Below are positions 25,523 through 34,110 of a DNA stretch of 48,803 bases, piece by piece. The stretch spans positions 1 through 48,803 of the forward strand of contig JBDRKY010000068.1 in assembly GCA_043813525.1 (NCBI GenBank), written 5' to 3'. A program made the translations under genes and the position numbers. A model generated the notes under the pieces. The model was not told the origin of the DNA, did no database searches, and was given only the letters and a program-made list of their open reading frames with translations. Numbering within the stretch: position 1 is the first letter of the stretch; every line of letters starts with the position of its first letter. The DNA comes from Candidatus Woesearchaeota archaeon. Its GTDB lineage: Archaea; Nanobdellota; Nanobdellia; Woesearchaeales; DSVV01.

Positions 25523-27731
25523 CCATAATTCAAAAACAGATAAAAATATCGATACTGATGAACATATGGACTTAAATATTTATGACAGGCATGACATACC
25601 AAAGACAACAAAAGTTGCTGGTGTTGTAATACATAATCCCTATTTGATCACAATCTGGCTTAAAGGTAAGATAAATATAAAGCCAGGACAATTCATCATG
25701 GTTTGGCTGCCTAATATTGAAGAGAAACCATTTACAGTTTCTTGTGTTGAAAAAGACAGGTTTTCTTTCACTGCTGCAAAAATAGGTAAATTTACAACTG
25801 CATTGTTTGATCTTAAAATAAATGATGTAGTAGGATATAGAGGACCTTATGGCAATGGATTTACACTTGTTGAAGGCAAGAATGTATGCATTGTCGCAGG
25901 CGGTATAGGTATAGCTGCTGTTAGCTTATTGTATCTTGCTCTTAAGGATAAGAATAATGTCAAATTAATTTATGGAGCTAAGAGCAGTTGTAATCTTGTA
26001 TTAAAGGAAAAAATATGTGATAATCATCTGTGTGTGTGTACTGATGACGGCAGTGATGGCAAAAAAGCATTCACTACTAATGTTTTAGAGGAATTTATTA
26101 AAGAAAAAAATAAAGAAGAAAACTATAATGAAAAAATAGATATGATTTATACATGCGGACCTGAAATAATGATGAAAAAAGTTGCTGACATCTGTGAAAT
26201 GTACAATATAAAATGCGAAGTAAGTTTAGAAAGAAAGATGGGTTGTGGTTTTGGTATATGTGGTGGGTGTACAATCAATCACAAACTTGTGTGTTTAGAT
26301 GGTCCTGTGTTTAATTTAGAACAGCTAAAAGAATTGCCAGATTTTGGAAGTCATAATGCTGTTTCAGCTCATAGATGTGAATGTAAAAAAAATATGAGTA
26401 TCAATAAAGATTGTAATAATAATAACACTTTGCTTCTTAAGAATTGCAGAATATTAAATGAAAATAATTTATCATCAGTTGATATATTTATAGAAGATAA
26501 TATAATTAAGAGAATATGTAAAGTAAAAAGTGATATTAAAGTAGATAAGATAATAGACTGTAAAAATATGATAATCATGCCCGGACTTATTGATCCGCAT
26601 GTTCATTTTCGTGATTTTATACAGTGTTATAAAGCAGATTTTTTGAGTGAAAGCAAAGCTGCTGCTGCAGGCGGTGTGACAACAATATTAGATATGCCTA
26701 ATACAAAACCGCCAGTAATCAACAAAGATATGTTAGAAAAAAGAAGAAAGATTGCATCACAGGATTGTTTGGTCAATTATGGATTTTATTTTGGCGCTGC
26801 AAATGATAATATTGATGAGATCAGAGATATCTGTTCACCAGAAAACATAGATAATTCAAAAAACATAGCTAATATAGCTGCAGTAAAAGTTTTCATGAAT
26901 GAATCTACAGGAAATATGAAAATAGATGACGATAAAGTACTACAACAGATATTTAACAGTTCAAAAATAATAGCTGTACATGCAGAAGATGATATGGTTG
27001 AAAAATCAATAAGATTAAGCAAAACAAACAAACTTTATTTGTGCCATATTTCGCAGCAAAAAGAATTAGATGTTATCAAGGGATATAAGCAATCACAAGA
27101 ATACAACCAAAGGCTGTTTGTTGAAATTACACCTCACCATCTGTTTTTATCAAATGATGATATGATTAGTTTAGGAAATTTTGGCCTAATGAAACCAAAT
27201 TTAAGGACAAAACAAGACCAAGATGCATTATGGAAAGCCATAGATGATGATATTGTTGATACAATTGGCACAGACCATGCACCGCATACAATTGCTGAGA
27301 AAAAAACAGATAAACCACAGTATGGTGTTCCTGGTGTTGAGACAAGGCTGCCTTTATTGTTGAATGAGATTAACAGAGGGATTGAAGCAAGGATAACATT
27401 GAAAAAAGTGCAGCAATTATGCTGTGAGAATCCAGCAATGATAATTGGAATAAAAAATAAGGGATTTATCAAAGAAGGTTATGATGCTGATCTTGTTGTT
27501 GTTGACATGGAAAAGGAAAAAATTATAAAAAATAAAGAATTGCTGACAAAATGCAGATGGTCGCCTTTCGAAGGCATGAAGCTGAAAGGATGGCCAGTCA
27601 TGACTATTGTTGATGGCAGTATTGTTTTTGACGATATGAATAGTTGTGATGATATGAATAACAATGATGAAAAAAATAAGATATGTGAATCAGTTAAAGG
27701 TAAAGAAGTTATATTTAATAGAAAAGATTAA
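25515..27731 (+). CDS. pyrK-pyrC: Fusion ORF: DHOD electron-transfer subunit (PyrK) plus dihydroorotase (PyrC)
   Basis: The N-terminal half has an FAD/NAD-binding fold and the 2Fe-2S motif MGCGFGICGGCT...CLDGPVF. A linker lies at ~26346-26430. The C-terminal half has PGLIDPHVHFRD, VKVFM, AVHAED, LCHIS and GTDHAPH (DHOase metal ligands). The start could instead be GTG at 25506. Confidence 0.85.
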   Translation: MTDHNSKTDKNIDTDEHMDLNIYDRHDIPKTTKVAGVVIHNPYLITIWLKGKINIKPGQFIMVWLPNIEEKPFTVSCVEKDRFSFTAAKIGKFTTALFDLKINDVVGYRGPYGNGFTLVEGKNVCIVAGGIGIAAVSLLYLALKDKNNVKLIYGAKSSCNLVLKEKICDNHLCVCTDDGSDGKKAFTTNVLEEFIKEKNKEENYNEKIDMIYTCGPEIMMKKVADICEMYNIKCEVSLERKMGCGFGICGGCTINHKLVCLDGPVFNLEQLKELPDFGSHNAVSAHRCECKKNMSINKDCNNNNTLLLKNCRILNENNLSSVDIFIEDNIIKRICKVKSDIKVDKIIDCKNMIIMPGLIDPHVHFRDFIQCYKADFLSESKAAAAGGVTTILDMPNTKPPVINKDMLEKRRKIASQDCLVNYGFYFGAANDNIDEIRDICSPENIDNSKNIANIAAVKVFMNESTGNMKIDDDKVLQQIFNSSKIIAVHAEDDMVEKSIRLSKTNKLYLCHISQQKELDVIKGYKQSQEYNQRLFVEITPHHLFLSNDDMISLGNFGLMKPNLRTKQDQDALWKAIDDDIVDTIGTDHAPHTIAEKKTDKPQYGVPGVETRLPLLLNEINRGIEARITLKKVQQLCCENPAMIIGIKNKGFIKEGYDADLVVVDMEKEKIIKNKELLTKCRWSPFEGMKLKGWPVMTIVDGSIVFDDMNSCDDMNNNDEKNKICESVKGKEVIFNRKD

Positions 27732-27774
27732 TTGTAATAAATAAAAACAATAAATAATATATGAGGTACAGAAG

Positions 27775-28446
27775 ATGGCATTTGATCAGGATGAATTTAA
27801 TAGATTTTTAATTGACAATAATGTTGTTGGCTTTTTTGAGAAACCAATAATATTAGTTTCAGGCAGACAAAGTTATTGGTATGCAAACTGCAGAGATCTT
27901 ATGAACACATTTGAGCTTATTGATAAATTAGCTAATTTTGTTATAGAGTTTATAAAAAATGAGGATTTAGAATTTGATTATGTATATGGTGTTCCAGAAG
28001 GAATAACTAAACTGGCAGATATCATTAATTATAAGTTAGGATTAAGCAATCCTAAACAAAAATTAGTTATTGGTAGGGCAAAGCCTAAAGAACATGGAAG
28101 TCCAAAAGATAAATATTTTATTGGCAATGTTAAGGAAGGTGATAAAGTAATTGTAATTGAAGATGTTACAACAACAGGTGGATCATTATTAAAAACATTG
28201 CAACGATTAAAAGAAGCAAATGTAGAAATTATAGCAGCAGTTGGTTTAGTTAACAGAATGGAAAAGAGAGATGATGGAAAGAGTGTTGAGCAGGCTGTTA
28301 ATGAAAAGGGTGTTCCTTATTATGCAATTAGTAATAGCCTAATATTACTGCCAATGGCAAAAGAAAAGAATAACCCATCAGATGAAGCATTAAAACAAGT
28401 TGAGATTGGATTTGAAAAATATGGGTTAAGAGAACTTAAATTTTAA
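27775..28446 (+). CDS. pyrE: Orotate phosphoribosyltransferase
   Basis: PRPP-binding motif KVIVIEDVTTTGGS. GAGGT Shine-Dalgarno sequence at 27763-27767. Confidence 0.9.
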   Translation: MAFDQDEFNRFLIDNNVVGFFEKPIILVSGRQSYWYANCRDLMNTFELIDKLANFVIEFIKNEDLEFDYVYGVPEGITKLADIINYKLGLSNPKQKLVIGRAKPKEHGSPKDKYFIGNVKEGDKVIVIEDVTTTGGSLLKTLQRLKEANVEIIAAVGLVNRMEKRDDGKSVEQAVNEKGVPYYAISNSLILLPMAKEKNNPSDEALKQVEIGFEKYGLRELKF

Positions 28447-28459
28447 TCAGGTGAAAGAT

Positions 28460-28981
28460 ATGAAAAAAACAATTGGTGTGATGGGAAGAGCTTCAGGAGA
28501 TTTTTCAGATGAACTAATTGAAAAAGCAAGAGTGATTGGTGAAGAGATTGCTAAAAATAATTTTATACTTGTGACTGGTGCAACAACAGGTATGAGTTTT
28601 GAGTCTACAAAAGGTGCAAAGCATGAAAATGGGATGGTTATTGGCATTAGCCCATGGATAAATAAAGATGAACATTTAGCAAAGAATTATCCAATTGAAA
28701 ACTTTGATTTTATTTTGTATACAGGTTATGGACACAAAGGAAGAAATATATTGAATATTAGAGCATGTGATGCTGTAATTATAATTAATGGAAGTATTGG
28801 AACATTAAATGAATTTACTATTGCTTATGATGATGGAAAAGTCATAGGTGTTTTAGAATCTGGTGGGATAAGTGAGAAAATTAAGGAGATTATACAAGTA
28901 TGCAATAAAAAAACTAATGCAATCGTAATTTATGATTCTGATCCTAAGATGTTGATAGAAAAGATAATTAAATTGATATGA
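28460..28981 (+). CDS. LOG / TIGR00725-like Rossmann-fold protein
   Basis: IGVMGRASG...ILVTGATTGMSFESTKGA...AVIIINGSIGTLNEFT pattern of the LOG/SLOG family. The track start at 28451 is GTG; the ATG at 28460 is preceded by AGGTGA. Confidence 0.65.
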   Translation: MKKTIGVMGRASGDFSDELIEKARVIGEEIAKNNFILVTGATTGMSFESTKGAKHENGMVIGISPWINKDEHLAKNYPIENFDFILYTGYGHKGRNILNIRACDAVIIINGSIGTLNEFTIAYDDGKVIGVLESGGISEKIKEIIQVCNKKTNAIVIYDSDPKMLIEKIIKLI

Positions 28982-29009
28982 TTTAATAAAAAATGGGTTT
29001 GGTGATGAT

Positions 29010-29996
29010 ATGAATTATTTAGAAAAGCTAAGACAAAGAACAAAAGAAGTAAATAATATTATATGTGTTGGTTTGGATCCAGATATTGATAAAATACCAA
29101 GCACGGGTTGTGAAGAGTTTATGAATAAACAGGCAGAGCCAGGCAAAGCAATTGCTAAGTTTTATATTGATATACTTAATGCGTTTATTTCTGCGAATAC
29201 AATACCAGCAATAGTCAAGCCAAACATTGCTTTTTATGAGCAGTATGGCTTTAAAGGCCTGTTGGCATTGAAAGATATTATTGATGAATGTAAAAGATTA
29301 GAAATTCCTGTTTTATTGGATGCTAAAAGAGGTGATATTGGAAAAACAAGCAAAGCATATGCAAAGGCTTTGTTTGAATTTTGGAAAGCTGATGCAATCA
29401 CAATTGCCCCTTATATGGGCAGTGATAGTGTTGGCCCTTTTTTGGATTATTGTGGTGATAAGATTGATGTAAAAACAAGTGAAGCAGATAATCCAGACAA
29501 AAAAGGCAAAGGAGTTTATGTTTTAGTAAGAACTTCAAATAAAGGTGCTGTTGATTTACAAAATTTACTTGTATGTTCAAATGATAATACAGCTTCTGAT
29601 TCAACAAATAATACCAATGGAAAACCAGTTTATATGAAAACAGCAGAGAAATTATTAGAATGGCATAAACCAGGTGTTGGAGCTGTTATTGGTGCAACAT
29701 ATCTTACTGAATTAGAACAGATTAGTAGCTATTTTATTGAGTATGGTAAACAATCTGGTATTGGTGATAATTCAAGCAGACAAATACCGATGCTGATACC
29801 AGGTGTAGGTGCACAGGGTGGCAGTGCAAAAGAAGTTGTTGAAGCATTAAAGAAAACAAGGAATGAATTAGCGATACATAGGATCAATTCAAGCTCTGGA
29901 ATAAATTATGCATATCTTAAGAAAGGAACTGATGATTATTGTGGTGCTGCTGTTGATGCATTAAAGGAATTGATTGAACAGGCAAAGATAGATTAA
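29010..29996 (+). CDS. pyrF: Orotidine-5'-phosphate decarboxylase, long (type 2) form
   Basis: VGLDPD and LDAKRGDIGKT motifs. 328 aa with an Asn/Ser-rich insertion. GGTGA at 29001-29005. Confidence 0.85.
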   Translation: MNYLEKLRQRTKEVNNIICVGLDPDIDKIPSTGCEEFMNKQAEPGKAIAKFYIDILNAFISANTIPAIVKPNIAFYEQYGFKGLLALKDIIDECKRLEIPVLLDAKRGDIGKTSKAYAKALFEFWKADAITIAPYMGSDSVGPFLDYCGDKIDVKTSEADNPDKKGKGVYVLVRTSNKGAVDLQNLLVCSNDNTASDSTNNTNGKPVYMKTAEKLLEWHKPGVGAVIGATYLTELEQISSYFIEYGKQSGIGDNSSRQIPMLIPGVGAQGGSAKEVVEALKKTRNELAIHRINSSSGINYAYLKKGTDDYCGAAVDALKELIEQAKID

Positions 29997-30007
29997 TTTT
30001 TTATATT

Positions 30008-30934
30008 TTAACAATTCAATGCAATAATAGAGGCAGAAAAATCAGTTGTTTGTGTTAGTAGAACATTCAAATGATTAATGATTATTAAATTAAACTTATC
30101 ATTTTTATCAATCATCGATATATTCTGTTTGATAGATTTATTCATATCAGTTATTTTATTCATAAGTTCTATATTAAAATTATAATACAGGTTATAATAC
30201 TGTTCAAGATAAAGATTAATAGAATTAAAAACGTTGAGGACATCATCTGAGACATTTATATTAATAGCATTACCATAAGATTTAATCCAATTATTAATTT
30301 CATCAATAATATACTTATAATTATCACATACTTTTTCTAAGTTCCATATTATAGTATACAAGAAAGTAGTTTTATCACTAAATTTATATTTGTTCAAAAG
30401 CCGTTCACAAAAATTAGTAAGCTGATTATTAAGCAATTCTTTTTCTGTTATCATACCTAATTTAACAAAATCCTTATTATTAATACAATCTAATAATTCT
30501 TTACCCATTGATATAGTAACCCTAAATGCTCTTCTTAATGCTTGATCAAACTCATCTTTGTTATCTTTAGATATATTTTTCAGAACAACAGAATTATCAG
30601 TCTCAGATATGATATTAAATCCCGTAAACAGGTTTTTCATCAGAGAATATATTAATTTAAGTTGTTCAGGATTATGATATTTGATGCTAATCTCATCAAA
30701 TCCTGATTTATGCAGAGCAGAAAGATACCACCTAATTACTCTCTCATTTAAAAAAGATATATCAATAGTTATAAGTTTAGATTGTGTAGAATCACCAGGA
30801 TAAAGCAATAAGTTTTCTCCTGCTTCATCAACTTCAATCTCATCACCTTTCTTTATATCATGCTGTTTAACCCATGCTAAAGGTAAAGATATCATTAAAG
30901 TCTTATCTGCAACCTGTATCACTTTTCGTTTCAT
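30008..30934 (-). CDS. AbrB/SpoVT-domain plus PhoU-like regulator
   Basis: N-terminal swapped-hairpin motif KVIQVADKTLMISLPLAWVKQHDIKKGDEIEV, followed by two helical PhoU-like repeats. Lies 37 nt downstream of the pilin-like cluster on the same strand. Confidence 0.7.
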   Translation of the reverse strand: MKRKVIQVADKTLMISLPLAWVKQHDIKKGDEIEVDEAGENLLLYPGDSTQSKLITIDISFLNERVIRWYLSALHKSGFDEISIKYHNPEQLKLIYSLMKNLFTGFNIISETDNSVVLKNISKDNKDEFDQALRRAFRVTISMGKELLDCINNKDFVKLGMITEKELLNNQLTNFCERLLNKYKFSDKTTFLYTIIWNLEKVCDNYKYIIDEINNWIKSYGNAININVSDDVLNVFNSINLYLEQYYNLYYNFNIELMNKITDMNKSIKQNISMIDKNDKFNLIIINHLNVLLTQTTDFSASIIALNC

Positions 30935-30971
30935 ATAAAATGATAGGTTTAACTAATATTTAAAATTTAAG

Positions 30972-31277
30972 TTAATTATCTTCAATGATTGAATAATCCT
31001 GTGGTATGCAGCAATGCATATCTTTGTTAACTTTTTTTGTATCATGATCAATACAGCTACTCACCTTATCTTCAACATAACCATCACCACAGCTAAAATC
31101 ACAGACTGCACCTTTAACTTTCTCACAATCAGACACACCAATATTGAACAATGCCAATCTTCCGGTGAATATCGCTGCAATAATGACAAGCACAAGCAAA
31201 GCTATAATAGCTATGATGATCATATTAAGTGATATATCTCCTTTTTTAGATTTAATTTTTTTAGATGTTTTGAACAT
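30972..31277 (-). CDS. Small pilin-like protein (class III signal peptide), six-Cys globular part
   Basis: MFKTSKKIKSKKG-DISLNMIIIAIIALLVLVIIAAIF, then six Cys in ~50 aa. Strong Shine-Dalgarno GAGGTGG on the minus strand at 31282-31288. Confidence 0.65.
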   Translation of the reverse strand: MFKTSKKIKSKKGDISLNMIIIAIIALLVLVIIAAIFTGRLALFNIGVSDCEKVKGAVCDFSCGDGYVEDKVSSCIDHDTKKVNKDMHCCIPQDYSIIEDN

Positions 31278-31357
31278 TTAACCACCTCATTTTGTGTATG
31301 TTTTATGTTTATTTAATATCAATTGTCGAATCTGATATATAAATATTACGCATAGTA

Positions 31358-31927
31358 TCAGATATTAGGACATTCCCCACCAACACATAACCAAATCTCC
31401 AATACTTCATCTGTTGGGTATATTGGAAGGGTATATGGTGTAACCTCAACACTTTTTGCTCTTGCAAATTCCTCTTCTAAATGCTTTATATCAGGTATTA
31501 TTTTAAGTGTACCGGCTTTTATCTTAAGATGAAATGGTCTGCCCATCTCCTTCAAAGATTCTGAAATAAGAGATATTGCACACACAGCTGCATCATCACC
31601 CATGTTGATATCCTTACAAGCATCCATATTAGAATACCTCTGTTCAAGCATATCAAGATTACAGGTGATTGTGCTTCCGCCGCCAGCTCTGACCATATCA
31701 ATCAACAGATCTTCTATAGTAGTATCTTTCGTACAACCAGAATCAGTCTTAAGCATGGCTCCTATTATGCTTGCTGACAGATCCTTTTGAATATAGCTTT
31801 CTAAAAAATCATCAGTTGGCTTAAAATACACTACTGAAACCACAAATAATACAACTAATGTGATTATAACTACAATGATCATCAGCCCCATTATTTCAGT
31901 CTGTGATTTTTTATGTTTATTTTTCAT
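31358..31927 (-). CDS. Pilin-like protein (class III signal peptide)
   Basis: MKNKHKKS-QTEIMGLMIIVVIITLVVLFVV. The start abuts the upstream stop (31927/31928). Confidence 0.6.
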   Translation of the reverse strand: MKNKHKKSQTEIMGLMIIVVIITLVVLFVVSVVYFKPTDDFLESYIQKDLSASIIGAMLKTDSGCTKDTTIEDLLIDMVRAGGGSTITCNLDMLEQRYSNMDACKDINMGDDAAVCAISLISESLKEMGRPFHLKIKAGTLKIIPDIKHLEEEFARAKSVEVTPYTLPIYPTDEVLEIWLCVGGECPNI

Positions 31928-32467
31928 TCAGCCAACAACCTCCAATACAATAAATCCAAAGCTGTTGGAATCAGCGATAGAATCATATATGGTAATAGGT
32001 ATAGATATTTTTTGAAAAGACTTTATGTCCTCATCTTTAATATATATATTATTAAATAATAGAATGCCTTCTTGATGAAGCAAATCTCCTGATGGTGCAA
32101 ATACCTGTTTGATTGTTATTTTTGCGTTAGGAAACATCTGCGCATAATACCTGCCATACCAATCCTTACCATCCATTACCAGTTTATAAACCTGAAGTTT
32201 TGCAAGATCAACACAATCAAACTCTTCAGTTGCTTGAGAAGTGCATTGTAATTCAGGAAGGAATTTAATTGCTAATGCCATATCAATTGCACGTTTAGCA
32301 TTAAACTCTTCACCATCTTTTTGAGTTATATGAGATTGTATCTTTGCATAAAAAACAAGACCAACAATAAGCAGTATAAAGAAGATTATAAGGACAATTA
32401 TAGATTCACCTAATTTAAGCTGTGATTGTTTCCTGAATTTCCTAATTTTCCTTATCTTTTTTTTCAT
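31928..32467 (-). CDS. Pilin-like protein (class III signal peptide)
   Basis: From the ATG at 32467: MKKKIRKIRKFRKQS-QLKLGESIIVLIIFFILLIVGLVFY. The longer ORF-track start at 32530 would overlap the upstream gene by 35 nt. Confidence 0.6.
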   Translation of the reverse strand: MKKKIRKIRKFRKQSQLKLGESIIVLIIFFILLIVGLVFYAKIQSHITQKDGEEFNAKRAIDMALAIKFLPELQCTSQATEEFDCVDLAKLQVYKLVMDGKDWYGRYYAQMFPNAKITIKQVFAPSGDLLHQEGILLFNNIYIKDEDIKSFQKISIPITIYDSIADSNSFGFIVLEVVG

Positions 32468-32495
32468 TTTATTTAAATTTATTAGTTCATTTGAA

Positions 32496-33584
32496 TCAAT
32501 ACAGCTTAGGGCATGAGTTAAGCACTGCATTTTGGTTTGTGTTAGCAGCTATATCATTTATATTTTTTAGTGCAATTAGATTATTAGCTGTGAATTGTCC
32601 AAGATATTTGATAGGTGTTTTAGGGAGTGACGCAAATCCTTCATAAATTTGGCTGCAATGTGAATATTTGGGATTATCTAACACATGTTGAGATAGGTAA
32701 CTTGCTCTTTCTCTGTAAATATCAAACAGACGATTAAGATGATTAAAGCTTTTTTCCATGCTGCATTTGTAAAAATCAGCATTCTCTGAAAAGATTGCAC
32801 CCATCAATGTTTCCTTTCCATAGTAACCATATTTAAGAACTGTAGCATAATTAACTCCATTTTTAACTTCATCCTTTGTGAAAAACATAGCATTACCTTC
32901 AAATACAGGCTCTAATACAACAACATCAAAATCACCTTTTTCAAAAAGTTCTGGATCAACTTTGATGTCGTCTTTACCAAACTGATAAAAAAAGACAAAC
33001 CTTATTTTTTCATGGCCTAAATCAGCCACATCAGCAAATTCATCATGTGCTTTAATCTCAACAGTGAGAAATTCATTATCAAGCATGAGATTATATACTT
33101 TGTTTGCAAAAGCTTCAGATACAGGATCATTATAAACAAGCACATATTTGATAGCAGGGCTTGTAAGATAAAGCAGATTACCTACTTTGAAAGGGACTGT
33201 CCAATCCAATGACCAAGTGATCAGATAATCGCTTTCAATATGTTCAGAGGTAAATATGACTTGGTGAGGAGTCTGTTTATTGACTCCTGTATCACCCATG
33301 GAAAAATCTGAGCTGCATCCTTCTTCACTGCAGTCTGGAAAACAAGTAAATCTCATCTCAAGTTTAGGTATCTCTAATTTCGTTGCTGATTTAGTTGAAG
33401 CAGTTGCGCCGCGCATGATTGAATCTAAATCAAACATAATCCTGCTGGCAAGCTTAATCTCAGAATTATGCAAATATGTTTTACCAGCAGATACAAAAAA
33501 TAAAAGTATGATTGTACCGACTATAAAGATAAATATCCAGTTAAATTGTACTTCAATGTCTCCTCTTTTTTTTAAGGTTTTCAT
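32496..33584 (-). CDS. Pilin-like protein (class III signal peptide), 362 aa
   Basis: MKTLKKRG-DIEVQFNWIFIFIVGTIILLFF, followed by a large soluble domain. Confidence 0.6.
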   Translation of the reverse strand: MKTLKKRGDIEVQFNWIFIFIVGTIILLFFVSAGKTYLHNSEIKLASRIMFDLDSIMRGATASTKSATKLEIPKLEMRFTCFPDCSEEGCSSDFSMGDTGVNKQTPHQVIFTSEHIESDYLITWSLDWTVPFKVGNLLYLTSPAIKYVLVYNDPVSEAFANKVYNLMLDNEFLTVEIKAHDEFADVADLGHEKIRFVFFYQFGKDDIKVDPELFEKGDFDVVVLEPVFEGNAMFFTKDEVKNGVNYATVLKYGYYGKETLMGAIFSENADFYKCSMEKSFNHLNRLFDIYRERASYLSQHVLDNPKYSHCSQIYEGFASLPKTPIKYLGQFTANNLIALKNINDIAANTNQNAVLNSCPKLY

Positions 33585-33594
33585 GTTATAATTA

Positions 33595-34104
33595 TTATGC
33601 TTCAGAGATCATCACACCATTACCTATACCAGTCATCTTGACTGAGAGTTTCCTGTCTGAAACTGCAAAGCATTTATATCCTTGTGGAATATCTTTATCA
33701 ACAATCATTTTAGTAAGATTTATTGGAGATTCCAACACAAAAGGTACAGTCATAACATTTTGTGATCCAGACTGCCAAGCATCACACATCACAGGATCAA
33801 GGTCAGGAAGGTCTATGCATCCACTTTTGTATTTGTCAGCAGTGAAAAAGCAGACTTTCTTGAGTTCCTTAGGAACAACATATGTCTTCACTTTCCAGCT
33901 GCCATATTTGGTGACCATCACATCAGTATCGTCTTGTAAACTTGTTTTGAATTCTACCAGGTCTATTGTCTCTACCTGTTTGAGAAGCTTGCCGATATAC
34001 TTAACACCTAATAACAATATCATACCAATGACAAAGATAGCAAGTATGTAAAATAACATCTGTTCAACCTGTGATTTTCGTTTAAATTTTCTAATTTTAG
34101 CCAT
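33595..34104 (-). CDS. Pilin-like protein (class III signal peptide)
   Basis: MAKIRKFKRKS-QVEQMLFYILAIFVIGMILLLGV. Lies 6 nt downstream of the 2405-aa gene. Confidence 0.6.
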   Translation of the reverse strand: MAKIRKFKRKSQVEQMLFYILAIFVIGMILLLGVKYIGKLLKQVETIDLVEFKTSLQDDTDVMVTKYGSWKVKTYVVPKELKKVCFFTADKYKSGCIDLPDLDPVMCDAWQSGSQNVMTVPFVLESPINLTKMIVDKDIPQGYKCFAVSDRKLSVKMTGIGNGVMISEA

Positions 34105-34110
34105 TAATTT

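Noticed and set aside
32468-32530. 21-codon N-terminal extension (MQCLTHALSCIDSNELINLNK) of the 31928 ORF
   Set aside because: It would overlap the upstream gene by 35 nt and would bury the basic/hydrophobic class III-type N-terminus. The ATG at 32467 is preferred, but this is not proven.
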